From: Lama guanicoe
Taxonomy: Eukaryota
Length of the DNA stretch: 64,000 bases
Assembly (NCBI GenBank): GCA_013239625.1
Contig: MU057344.1
Span: 1,428,276-1,492,275, forward strand
Direction of reading: 5' to 3'
Shown: positions 12,070-23,300 of the stretch, piece after piece
Layout: each line of letters opens with the position of its first letter
How positions within the stretch are numbered: position 1 is the stretch's first letter
The notes under the pieces: model-generated
What the model was told of the DNA's origin: nothing
Seen by the model: only the letters and a program-made list of their open reading frames with translations
The model's database searches: none
Made by a program: the position numbers and the translations under genes

Positions 12070-12500
12070 TTTTTGAACAGCAGATTTATTGAGATGCAAT
12101 TCACATAGCGTAACAGTCACTGTTTTAACATTCAGTCTCTTGTGGGGCAGAGCTCAGCGGCAGAGCGTGAGTTCAGCATGCAGGAGGTGCTGGGTTCAAG
12201 CCCCAGTGCCTCCACTTGAAAAAAAGGGAAAGAAAAGGAAGTGCGCGTCTAATTCCAGAACATCTTCGTCCTCCTAGAAGGAAACCCCGGGCCAATGAAG
12301 CAGTCACTCCCCCCTTCTCCTTCCCCACCCCACCTCACCCCTGGCCCCGGCAGATCACTAGTTTCTTTTCTATCTGTATGGATTTGCTCATCCTGGAGAT
12401 TCTACGTCAGTGGAACCCTACAGTCTGTGGTCTGTGCTGACCGACTTCCTCCGCTGAGTCCGCGCGCGTGGTAGCCCGCGCCAGGGCCACCTTCCTTGCG
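12070..12500 (-). mobile_element. L1MB 3' end, antisense, interrupted by a SINE
   Basis: 'tttattgagatgcaattcacatagcgtaac', then after the SINE 'ttccagaacatcttcgtcctcctagaaggaaacccc...gcagtcactcccc...tctatctgtatggatttgctcatcctgga'. Confidence 0.8.
12141..12240 (+). mobile_element. tRNA-derived SINE (Vic-1 type) nested in L1MB
   Basis: 'agctcagcggcagagcgtgagttcagcatgcaggaggtgctgggttcaagccccagtgcctcc' plus A-rich tail. Confidence 0.85.
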
Positions 12501-13088
12501 GTGGCCAAACGCGCCTCCACGGCACAGGGTGTCCTCGTCCTTGTGCACTTCGACGTGGTGCCCCTGCAGCGCACCCCAGGCTCTGGGAGACCCACAGGGC
12601 TCCGTCTGCTGCTGCCGTCCGGACAAACGTACTGCGAAGCTTGAACAGCTTTTCATCCCAGAGCTTACGTTTCAAAAGCAGAAGCTTGAAACACAGTCTG
12701 CAGCACTGACCCTGTTGTCACCATTTAGAGCCAGTTCCGTGGGGCTGACCCAGGCAGAGGCCTCTCCGACGTCCTGGGCCGAGCGGAGAAAAGGACGCCC
12801 AAGTGGCGTTTTTTATTTTGCAAAAGGCACACACACAAAAGGAAAATCCCTAACTGTGGCCTTGATTGGGAAGGCAGCGTTTGGCGAATGACGTCACGTG
12901 GAGAGCATAAATCTTGGTGTGTATGATCTATTTGCGTTAAGAAGCCCACATACGATGCTGAGTTTTCAATGGCTTTGTTTAAGTGATAGTTTTTCCTTTT
13001 TAGTGAAAGTTGGAGCGATGATAAACAGCTCCAGCTGTAAAAATTAAAGGCGGAGGTGAAGCCAAGGTGATTACTACACAAAAAATCT

Positions 13089-13090
<2 letters not shown>

Positions 13091-13128
<38 letters not shown>
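13091..13128. repeat. (GT)19 microsatellite
   Basis: Perfect dinucleotide run. Confidence 0.99.
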
Positions 13129-13130
<2 letters not shown>

Positions 13131-14386
13131 GGGGTCATTTGGCCCCTCTCTCCTCTAAGATGAAAACTACCCTCTGCCACAACGTGCCACGAACAATCAC
13201 CTGCTGCTTATTAATTAGCCTCTTTTAAAAGCACCACGTTTCTACTAGAAACTGTTATTTCTCTAATGTGAAAACTGGCTTATTCATGTTTATTAGCACA
13301 ACTGGGTCCCACGGGGCCTGGGCTCAGAGCACACGTGACTGACACATATATTTTTTCCAATGACACACTTCATGATTGGAAATTTCTCCCTAGAAGCCCG
13401 TATTCTGAGCCCAACTTGCTTGTCACGCTAGCCCGAACTGGGCCCCCCAAACCCCTGGCCTGTGCCCCAGAACAGTCCTGGGGTGGTCGCCCTGAGAGGG
13501 GCCCTGTCTCCCTAGGGACAGCTGAGGACATTCAAGCCCCTAGTGGCTGAGTCCTTCTGGACACAAGCAATTAGACATCTCAGCCATTGTCCAGAGGGGC
13601 GTGTGGTGATTGCCCTCCGGGGCCCACTCTCCTGGCACCGCATGAAACCCAGGGAAGGTCCCAGACAGAGACCCCTCCCTCCGCAGCTCCGGCGCACTCC
13701 CTAGACAGATTCTGCTGGGCATCACCTGGAGCAGGGCTCTGCGGTCAGGCAGGTGAGTCCTGCTCTGCTGCCTCCGTGGAATGTTCCTGTCCCTTTGAGT
13801 ATCAGTTTCCTGGACTGCAGCTCCTCTGCATGGGATGGTTGGGAGGACCACATGCATTGTGATGCAGCCCAGGGGCGGGAGTGAATTGGCCTGCCAGCAT
13901 CCTGCCTGGCACCCACTGGGCTCCATCACCCTGGGCCAGGGAGCCCCAGGGAGAGACCAGAATTCTCCCCAGGACATTCCTTCAGCCCCCGTCCCCTACC
14001 CCGCTAAGCCCCACCCACTCGCCCCCCCAGCAAGCAAGCTGCCCTTTTCCGAATTGCGCACCACGCAGCAGGGGACCTGGTTGGCTTGCCCGCTGCTGCA
14101 TCCCTGCCACTTGGCATTGGTTGCTGAATGCAGGGCAACCCTTTGCAAGTCAGACGTGAGGCAGTGTAACCGGGAAAAGGGAAATAAGAATTACCTCGGC
14201 TCTTAGTCCCCCGAAAAATAAGAATTTTTAACAGAGACAGAAGGACAGGGCACTCAGCCCCGGCACTTACACAGGGCTGCTGCCTCCACTGCCGGCCTGG
14301 GAGGTTGCCCCGCCCTCCTCAGCCTCCTCTGGGGCTGAAATCAGCTTTTGGAAATCCGAGGGTCACTTTCGAGTCCCTCAGCACTC

Positions 14387-14625
14387 TCCATTCATTCATT
14401 CATTCTTCCATGCACTGAGCTCCAAACACACTCCCAGGCGTGGGCCAGGCACTGGGACCTGGGTGGGGGTGGGGGCACGTAAGCTGTGCTGAAAACCACA
14501 GGTCTGCTGGAGGAAAGAGCCTTCCCGTTCACGTGGGACTGTGAGTTCCAGGAACACAGGCCTCACCAGGCCTCTGGCCATTCGTCCGTGAAATGAATGA
14601 GTGAGTGAATAAGCGAGTAAATGCT
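14387..14625. mobile_element. Two L2 3'-end fragments in opposite orientation
   Basis: (cattc)n followed by 'gccaggcactggg' (antisense), and a 'gaaatgaatgagtgagtgaat' tail (sense). Confidence 0.6.
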
Positions 14626-16464
14626 AAACCTGCGGCATGGTCTGCAAGCCTTGGCCTCCCTGGGGCAGGCTGTGGACCTGGGAGAAGCACTGCCCAACGG
14701 CAGGTGCCAGGAGACCAGCTGACCAGGCAAGACTAGGGCAGGCCAAGGTCAAGAGGGTGGGGCCTGACTCTGGGAGCTTAAGACCCTGCACGGGGAGGGG
14801 AGCCCAGTCCTCAGTCCGGGTCTGACTTGCCCTCTGTGTCCAGCAAGGGAGTGCGGAGCTGCCCTCCCTGAATCCAGCTCAGTTCTGGGAGTGGAGGGGT
14901 GAGAGGGCACAGGGACCCCTGCCGCTGGCAGTCCCTGCTCCAACAACCCAAAATGCTCCCGGGAAGCACCAGGCACCGCCCCTGCATGCGACTGTCCCCA
15001 CAATACCCTGGCTTGTCTGCCTCCATATTACACAGCAGGAAACTGGGGTGCCCAGGAAGCTGGGGGGAGGGGCTGACCCAGGCTCCCAGGGGGACTAGGG
15101 AAGGAGCTGGCTCTAAGCTAAGCTCCTCCTGCCCCCCACCCCCATGCTGTCTGCTTGCCAGGAAAGGCGTCCTGGGTGAGCCTGGGGCCAGTGCCCGGGA
15201 ATCCCTCTGCTGCCCCCTACTCTCATTCTGATTCCTCTGAAATCACAGGGTGGGCGGGGTGGGGGTATGTGCCCCACGAGTGAGGGGCTGCTCAGGGCCA
15301 GGAGGCTGCCATCCCCACCCGAGTACCCAGTCCCGGCACACAGTCCTCAGTCAGGTCCCTGGACCTGCCTGAGCTGCAGGGGTGCAGGGCTCTGTGTAAG
15401 CGTGTCCCTGCCACTCCAGTCACCCGTCCTTCATTGGATGTGGGAGGTGGGAGGGCGAGGGAGCCCACTGCCCCGGAGGTGGCTGAGCCCTGGCTGCCGG
15501 CAGCAGAGCAGAGAACTGCGTGTGCCCTGCTCCCTTCCTAGAGCCCTAGGGTTGTGGGATCGGGCTCCAGGGTCAGGAGCAGGTGGCCCTACCCCAGGGG
15601 ACAGGAATCCCTGACTGATGCCATCAGCTTTGGGTCACTCAGCACAAGAGGTAATTTTTTCCCTGCCTGGGGCTGTCCCAGTCTCTGCCCTTTTCCTGCC
15701 GGTTCAGGAAGCCGGCAGCGATGACTGGTTTAGTAGCAAGCAGAGAGGAGCTGGGCAGGGTATGTCCACGTGGCGCCCCCTTCGGCACCCCATTCCCCAC
15801 CTCCTGTCCCCCAACGGTTCTGCCCAGATGCAATGGGCAGCCTGGACAGTGTGCTCAGGCTGTGGCCCCTACCCTTGCTCCCCCAGCCCCTCTGCCACCA
15901 CCCAGCGGGTTAGGTTAAGGGCTGATTCCAAAGCCCAAGGTCACACCCCAGGGCCCCACCCAGACACGCCCGCCACCCTGCCTGGAGAACACCCACCCGC
16001 CACCGCCGCCCTCACCCACTGCATGCGGAGAGGGAGGGACACGGGCAAATCCCTTTCTAGGAGCTCAGCCGGAACCAGGGCTTCTGTTGCTGCCCTCCCT
16101 CCCCGGGCAGCCCCAGCACCCTCCCTTTGCGAGATTTGGGGTGCCCAGTGGTACCACGAGATCTGAACCCCAAGGGAACCTGAGATAATCGACCAAAACA
16201 CTGTCCGCGGGCAGGGAGGAGACACTTGGGCGCCCAGCTGGACACTCACATCTGCCCCGCCAACCCCCCTGAGAAGGGCGTTCTGGCAGAGGGGAGGGAG
16301 GCGAGGGGCAGGGATGGAAGCGATGGCAGCGATCACTCAGGAGTGACCTTGAGCCCCTTCCGGTCTGGGCAGGACCTCAGAGCCCCACCAGCACAAACGT
16401 GGCCCCCAAAGGAGGGCAGCGCTGGGCCCCGTTGTGCGTTTTCCATCATCCGCTCTCCCCGCCA

Positions 16465-16600
16465 ACCCCACATCAACCCTGAGTGGGGCACAGGAATGTC
16501 TGCCCCATTTCACAGGTGGGGAAATCGAGGCGGGGAGAATGTTTCCAGGGTTACGCCTGAGCAGGAGCCGGTGGGACCAAAGGCGAAATTTGGTTTCCAA
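16465..16600 (-). mobile_element. MIR fragment
   Basis: 'ccccatttcacaggtggggaaatcgaggc' is the antisense MIR core. Confidence 0.7.
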
Positions 16601-16639
16601 ACTAAGAGGGTCGGTGGTATGGGGGCGGGGACCAAGGTC

Positions 16640-17340
16640 TAGAGGACGCAGAGGAGGCCGCTTTGCAAACCCAGGTGTGGATTCGGGGGCTAGCCGGCTT
16701 GGGGAGTCTGCTCGGTTACTAGGCAGCCCGGCGTGCCGGGCTCTGGGGAGTCTGGGGACGCGGGGAGCGGACTCCCACCCAGAGGCTCCCGAGACTCGGA
16801 CCCCGGGAAAGCGGCGCGGTTGGCGGTTTTCGTTGCTGCCAGGGCGCTGCCCGCGCGCGGCCGGCACCGGGAGCAGGAGGCGGCGGCGGCCGCGACCACG
16901 CGGGCCGAGTTCCGGAGCGGCCACAGGGCCACCTCTGCCGCGCGGAGCTCTGCTCGCTCCGCAGGGCCAGGGCTCTCCGGGGAACGAAGTTGCTCCCCGC
17001 GTGCGCGGGCGGGCGGCCCCGGGGTGCGGGCGGCGCGAGGGTCCCTTGTCCAGGCGGCGCTGGCGACTCGGCGCGCAGGCTGAACGCGAGGCTCGGGATC
17101 AGCACAAACTGGGCAACGGAATTCGTTCGCGAGGTTTTAAAGGTTCTGGGATGGGGAGGGAAAGCGTGGGAAACCGATTCCGTTTATTCCTCTCCGAGGC
17201 AGCAGCCGGAGCCCGCGCGCGGCCGCAGGAGCGCCGCCACCGAGCCGCTGAGTCCCACCCAACACGCGCGCCGCGGGGGAAGGGGTCGCCGGCCTCTTCC
17301 AGCGCTTTTTGGGGTGCGAGTTTGGGCCGAGATGCTGGAG
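16640..17340. promoter_or_regulatory. Upstream CpG island
   Basis: Dense CpG and very high GC content over about 700 bp. Confidence 0.9.
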
Positions 17341-20300
17341 CCGACTCCCACCCTGGCTCAAATGAGGGAGTTCAGGCCCACAGCCTCAATCTCTTAAAAG
17401 AGAGAGAGAGAGAACCAAACTCCTGAGCACATCCCCCCAAACACATGGCAGTCCCGGGTGCTAACTCACAGGCATCTGCGCTCCTGAGAGATGGTGGCCC
17501 TAGCCAGGACTCCAGGACGCAGATCCGGGCAGAGAAATTACCGAGGCCCTCCCGGGAGGCCGCCTGTCCGTCTGCAAGAGACAGCGTCCTCCTGCTAGAG
17601 AAGGAAGTAGGCTTCCAAACATCTGGGGTTTGTTCGAAGTCAGCTACATGGTTCACATTCCTGGGAAGTCTTGATTGGGAGCGACCCCAACCCTCTCTGC
17701 GACCCACTCCAGAGCCAGGGACTGGGCGTGGGTGCCAGCAGGCCTCCGCTCTGAGCTGCGTGGGGAGCAGCCTTGCCACGTGGCTTCTGATCTTGCTGAG
17801 CTAGAAATCTAGTCCTAGGTCCTTCTGTTCTCTAAACTCCTCTGGGTCACAGCGGTGTCTCTGGGCCTAGGGTAGGAAGAAATGCAAAAGGGGGCCTGAC
17901 ATATTAACCCCGGAGTCCAGGGAGGCTGCTGTGGCCCCGGTCTGGAGCTGAGGCATGGTGCCGGGGGGAGCACCGCAGTGGACCTGTGCAGAGGCCAGGC
18001 TGAGGAAGAAAAGGCTCTGTAGATTGTCTGTGCCCCCCCTCCACCAAACAACCTTCACCCTAGGCTGGAAGGCCTCTGCATTCAGTCTCGCTGGGTCCCC
18101 TGCAAGGGGCCAAGACCACCTCCGTTTTTTCCTTGGCATAGTGGGAGCCAAACCAGCTCGTCCCCAAGAATCCCTCATGGTCTCCTTCTGTTGCTCACAT
18201 GGGGGCTGCTTCCACCTAGCGTAGGGCAGAATGCACCCAGAGGAGACCCCCACCTTGGCCAGCCCACCAAAGCCTGGGGCTCTGGACCCCCTTGCAGGGC
18301 AGTTTCGGGGTCTTGGGGAGGAGCCCTCATGTAAGCTAAGGGCTTTTATTCTCTCAGCTACTCTTCTCTGAGCAGGAACCAGAGGGTGAACAGCTGGAAA
18401 CTGACAGAGCCCGGAGACCGAGCAGCTGAAGCCGGCGGCCAAGTTCAAGGAGCGCCAAGGGCGATGTGGAGGAGAGCAGCGGGGACCTGGCCGTCGGGGC
18501 ATCTGGCTCTTTGGCTGCCAGTTCTCACCTCCCAGCACGCCGTCTGCAGCCGGGCTCCCCGGGCCTGAGGGCCTGGGCAGGGCAGCCGGGCGGCTCTGAG
18601 CCTGCACCTCCAGGCACACAGACCTCACAGTGCGGACCTCCTCTCCAGATACCCGGCCTCATCAAGCTGGCCTTCGGCCCCCGTCCTGGCTGAGCAAAGT
18701 GCCCCTCCAGCCTCGAAGTGCATGGACTCCAGGAGTGTCGGGTGTGCCTGTGTGGTTTACCACTCGTGGCATCTCAGGAGCCCTGGGTCTGGGGACCCTC
18801 TTTGCTCGCCCACAGCGGGGCTTCCTACCGCCCTGCAGGACCACCTGCGCTCACTCTCGCCCAAACCCTGCTCTTCCCCAGAGGAGCCCCTGTGGTCTTG
18901 GGTCTCCAGCCGCACCTCCCTGCTTGCTGAAAAGGCTGGGAGGGGGCTGAGCTCTGGGCTGAAGAGGGACTCTAAAATGTGACAGAAGTTGCTGGTAAAA
19001 GCCCCCTCCAGTCCCCTAGACCCCAGCGAGCAAGTCTGTTCCAAACTCTATACAGTGTAAAGCACATCTCTACAGCCAACCCACACATCACCGGCCTTGG
19101 ACAAGCTGACAGAGCCGGAAGCCCCTGAGGTGGTCACTGGGGGGGGGATGGTGGACAGTATCTCTGCACCCCCCCATTCGGGGTTCCCTAGTCCCAGCCT
19201 CGGCCACAAGAATCCCCAAAGTTCTGCTTGGTTTGAAAATGGCCTTTAAACCTCCAAGGACGACTGAGCTGAAAACTGCCCCTCTTCCTGCAGAGCCCCC
19301 CACTGGCCCAGCCCGTTTCTCCAAGTCTCCAAACGTCAGTGGTGGACAGGATGCAGAGCTGGGTGCCTGGAGGACCTGTGTCTGGTTTCCCTGATCCACG
19401 CTTTTGCTCCTCAGGACTCTGAGAGACCTGACCGGCTCCGTCAGGTCTAAGTCTCGCCACGCGGGGGCAGGGCCTGGCCAGACCAGGACCCAGCCTCGGC
19501 CAAGGCCATGGCCTTGGGGACGGCCTGCCTGGGCTTTTCTCACCAATTGGGTATGATCTGAGAGAGCGCCCTGGGGGTTTCAGCACCTCGGCGGTCTCCC
19601 TGGTTATCCCTAATCACTAGATTACCCCTCCCCAGGCAGGTTCCTAGCTATCGTCCTCCCCACTCTCCATGGCCCCAGGAACAGCAGGCCCTGAGCCCAG
19701 ACTCCTGCCGGCCTTCCCCAGGCCCCTGCGAAGGTGCAGTCCCAGAGTCTGTAGGGGGTCCTGGCCCAGTTTGGCCAGGGCTCCAACCCTCTGAGCTGAG
19801 GGAGGGAGCGTGGAGAGGGCCTGGTGAACTGGGCACTCCCCACCTCCACAGGAAGGCTGGATCTTCCTAACCTTGGGTCCCGCGGGCTGCCTCCAGGGCA
19901 GAGGAAGCCATGCAGGGCAGGGGGTGGGGTGGGGAAGGGATGCTCTCTGCAGGGAGAGGACTTCACGGGAGCCTCTGCATTTCCCCCAGGCCTCACACTC
20001 AGCCTTACCGGGAGGATCCAGGCAGGTGGGGTCCTGGGGTGCCGAGGTGTGAGGGTGACCTTGTGTTTGTGTTTTCTCCAGACACCAACCCAATCCATTT
20101 TGGCCTGCAGGCTGGAGCCTGCCTTGGCTGAATTAAGCCAACAGCTCCAGAGCTAGGGTCTCCAGCCCTCCTCCCTCTCCCAGCGACCCCCACACCCCAT
20201 ACCCCGAGCATGAGGGGGTTCTGAGATCACTAGGGCCTGCAGCCATGCCCTAGTTTCCCGTGGGGACTCCCCTCCAAGTCCCTGAGAGCCTGGCAGCAAG

Positions 20301-20399
20301 GCCCAGGGACCCTCTCAGCCCAGGGGTTGTCCGCCCAGCCCAGGAGAAGACAGTCAGGCTGTGGGACTGGATGGGGCAGGGGCGACAAGGCCCTGGAAG

Positions 20400-23300
20400 G
20401 GCGGCAGGCGATGGGACTGAGCTGCCGAGGAACTCGGCGCCACCGCTAAGGGCAACACTCACCTAGGGCCGGAAACGGCAGAGGTGACGGTCAGCGGGAA
20501 AGAGAGCCCGGCAGAGAGCGCCTTCTCTGGCCCAGTCAGCGCCGGCGCAAGACTGGATGCCCCCTGAGCAGTGGGGGCTCCGTCGGGGTTCGAATCCCAG
20601 CAGGGAGGCAGCTGTGGACTGCGGAGATGCGAGCGCGGAAGGCCCAGAGCTCTGCCGCCCCTGGCTTTTGACCACCCTGGCTCCGTCAGGCTTTTTCCTC
20701 TGGAATAGCATTGGCCACGTGCCCTTCTCCATCAGGGTCCCTTTACTAGGACCCTGGGGTCTCGGGGTTAGCTCTTTGGCCATCGCCAGTTCACCTCTTT
20801 TCTGGCAATGGCCCGGGGCTCCGAATGTCAGTCCCAGCCGGAGGCGCTCCGGGTCTCATGCACAACAAAGGGAGGGGCACGGCCCGGAGCCCACCCGGGG
20901 TGGCAGAGGCCCCCACCGCTAGCACGACGCCTCCTGGGCTCGGGCTGACGCTGCGGCAGCTCCGAGTCCTGCAGCCTGGCAGAACCCTGCTACTGGAGAG
21001 GGCGCGGGGGTCAACGCCTCCATTTGCTTCCAATTCATTCTCGAATCCCAGACATAGCCGAATGGCAATTTCCACTGTCCCCACCAGGCCCCTGGGCCCG
21101 GACACCCTGCCGGCGCCCAGCCTGCCCCTCCGCGGCCGCACCTCCGAGTTTGAGGGCTGCGGGGCAGAAGCAGCACCCCGTCGGCTCCCGCCGGCGCTCT
21201 TCCACCTGCTCCGCCGGCTCTCTCGCCCGAGACGCACCTGGGCCGCGAGAGGCAAGGGGGAAGTGTCCCCAGAGGCCCCGATCGCCCGAGGTGGCCCAGC
21301 TCGGGCGCTCGCGCCCCTGGGTACTCACCTGGGGCCGCGGAGGCAGGAGAGCGCGGGCCCGCCCCGAGGGCGGCGAGGCGCCCGGCGCCCGGCGTTCGGA
21401 CAACTGCTCCGGCGCCCAGGCCGCAGCCCCCNNNNNNNNNNNNNNNNNNNNNNNNNNNNNNNNNNNNNNNNNNNNNNNNNNNNNNNNNNNNNNNNNNNNN
21501 NNNNNNNNNNNNNNNNNNNNNNNNNNNNNNNNNNNNNNNNNNNNNNNNNNNNNNNNNNNNNNNNNNNNNNNNNNNNNNNNNNNNNNNNNNNNNNNNNNNN
21601 NNNNNNNNNNNNNGGGGGCTTCGGAGGAGCCGGGTTCGGGCGAGTGCGGGCAGGGGACGGGGCCGAGGGGAGAGACAGGGAGGAAGGCAGGCTGGGGCGA
21701 CGGTGAACGCAAAGCTCTTTAATTAGTAATAAAATGCAGTGAAACGAAGCAAAACCAGCCAGAACCGCGTCCAAACTGTCGGCGCGTTTGCCCCCATAAG
21801 CAAGGAAGTCTGGGGGACAAACGCAGCCGCCCCTCCATCTTTGGCCCCGGCTGGGGCGGGAGCAGCAGCGCGACGCGACNNNNNNNNNNNNNNNNNNNNN
21901 NNNNNNNNNNNNNNNNNNNNNNNNNNNNNNNNNNNNNNNNNNNNNNNNNNNNNNNNNNNNNNNNNNNNNNNNNNNNNNNNNNNNNNNNNNNNNNNNNNNN
22001 NNNNNNNNNNNNNNNNNNNNNNNNNNNGAGGGGCGGGGGGGAGAGAGATAAGTGNNNNNNNNNNNNNNNNNNNNNNNNNNNNNNNNNNNNNNNNNNNNNN
22101 NNNNNNNNNNNNNNNNNNNNNNNNNNNNNNNNNNNNNNNNNNNNNNNNNNNNNNNNNNNNNNNNNNNNNNNNNNNNNNNNNNNNNNNNNNNNNNNNNNNN
22201 NNNNNNNNNNNNNNNNNNNNNNNNNNNNNNNNNNNNNNNNNNNNNNNNNNNNNNNNNNNNNNNNNNNNNNNNNNNNNNNNNNNNNNNNNNNNNNNNNNNN
22301 NNNNNNNNNNNNNNNNNNNNNNNNNNNNNNNNNNNNNNNNNNNNNNNNNNNNNNNNNNNNNNNNNNNNNNNNNNNNNNCCCGGGCCCCGGGGCCGGGGCG
22401 CCGGGGCCAGGGCTGCGCGTCGGGGCNNNNNNNNNNNNNNNNNNNNNNNNNNNNNNNNNNNNNNNNNNNNNNNNNNNNNNNNNNNNNNNNNNNNNNNNNN
22501 NNNNNNNNNNNNNNNNNNNNNNNNNNNNNNNNNNNNNNNNNNNNNNNNNNNNNNNNNNNNNNNNNNNNNNNNNNNNNNNNNNNNNNNNNNNNNNNNNNNN
22601 NNNNNNNNNNNNNNNNNNNNNNNNNNCGGAGGGGGAGGGCTGGGGGTGGAGGGGAGCGAAAAGCGAAAGTTAGCGAAAAGTTGACGAAAGGGGAGAGCAA
22701 CTTTTCCTCCTCGNNNNNNNNNNNNNNNNNNNNNNNNNNNNNNNNNNNNNNNNNNNNNNNNNNNNNNNNNNNNNNNNNNNNNNNNNNNNNNNNNNNNNNN
22801 NNNNNNNNNNNNNNNNNNNNNNNNNNNNNNNNNNNNNNNNNNNNNNNNNNNNNNNNNNNNNNNNNNNNNNNNNNNNNNNNNNNNNNNNNNNNNNNNNNNN
22901 NNGGCAGGAGTGGCGACGGCAAGACAGCCACAGCCACGGGGGGAGCAAAATGGAGCCGTCTTCCTGGGCTTGGAACTATGGTCGTGAAGTTGATTCCCAA
23001 CTGGTGCCCCGTGCGGCGGCGGGCGCTCCTCCGCGACTCCGGCAGCCCGCGCGGCCGCCCAGGCGCCGGTGCCTCCGGCGGGAGGGTCCCCACCGGGCCG
23101 CCTTCCTATCCTCCACCGCCACCGACCTCGGCTTCGCTCCGACCCTCCCGCGCCCGCTCGCCCGGCACAGCCCCGAGGCCTGGCGGGGACAGAGCTGCCC
23201 CCGGCGAGACTGCCCGGTCCCCGGTCTTACTTTCTCTTTCGCTCCGTCTCGGGCCGAGCCGCGGGCTCGGCGCGCCCAGCCCACCGCCGGCCGGGTCCTC

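Larger units (their letters stand above)
12800..21431 (-). ncRNA. PRDM16-DT: Putative divergent spliced lncRNA (probable orthologue of PRDM16-DT/LINC00982)
   Basis: Minus-strand consensus donors CAG|GTGAGTAC (exon end 21329) and TAG|GTGAGT (exon end 20463). Strong minus-strand acceptor (TC)n-TTTTAAG| with exon start 17392. Candidate AATAAA on the - strand at 12812-12817. The name depends on the PRDM16 inference; both transcript ends are uncertain. Confidence 0.5.

Noticed and set aside
16337-17426. 330-aa (+) and 195-aa (-) ORFs in the upstream island
   Set aside because: Both start at GTG and have CpG-island composition.
19579-19599. REST/RE1 site (TTCAGCACC)
   Set aside because: Only the left half matches; the GGACAG half is absent.
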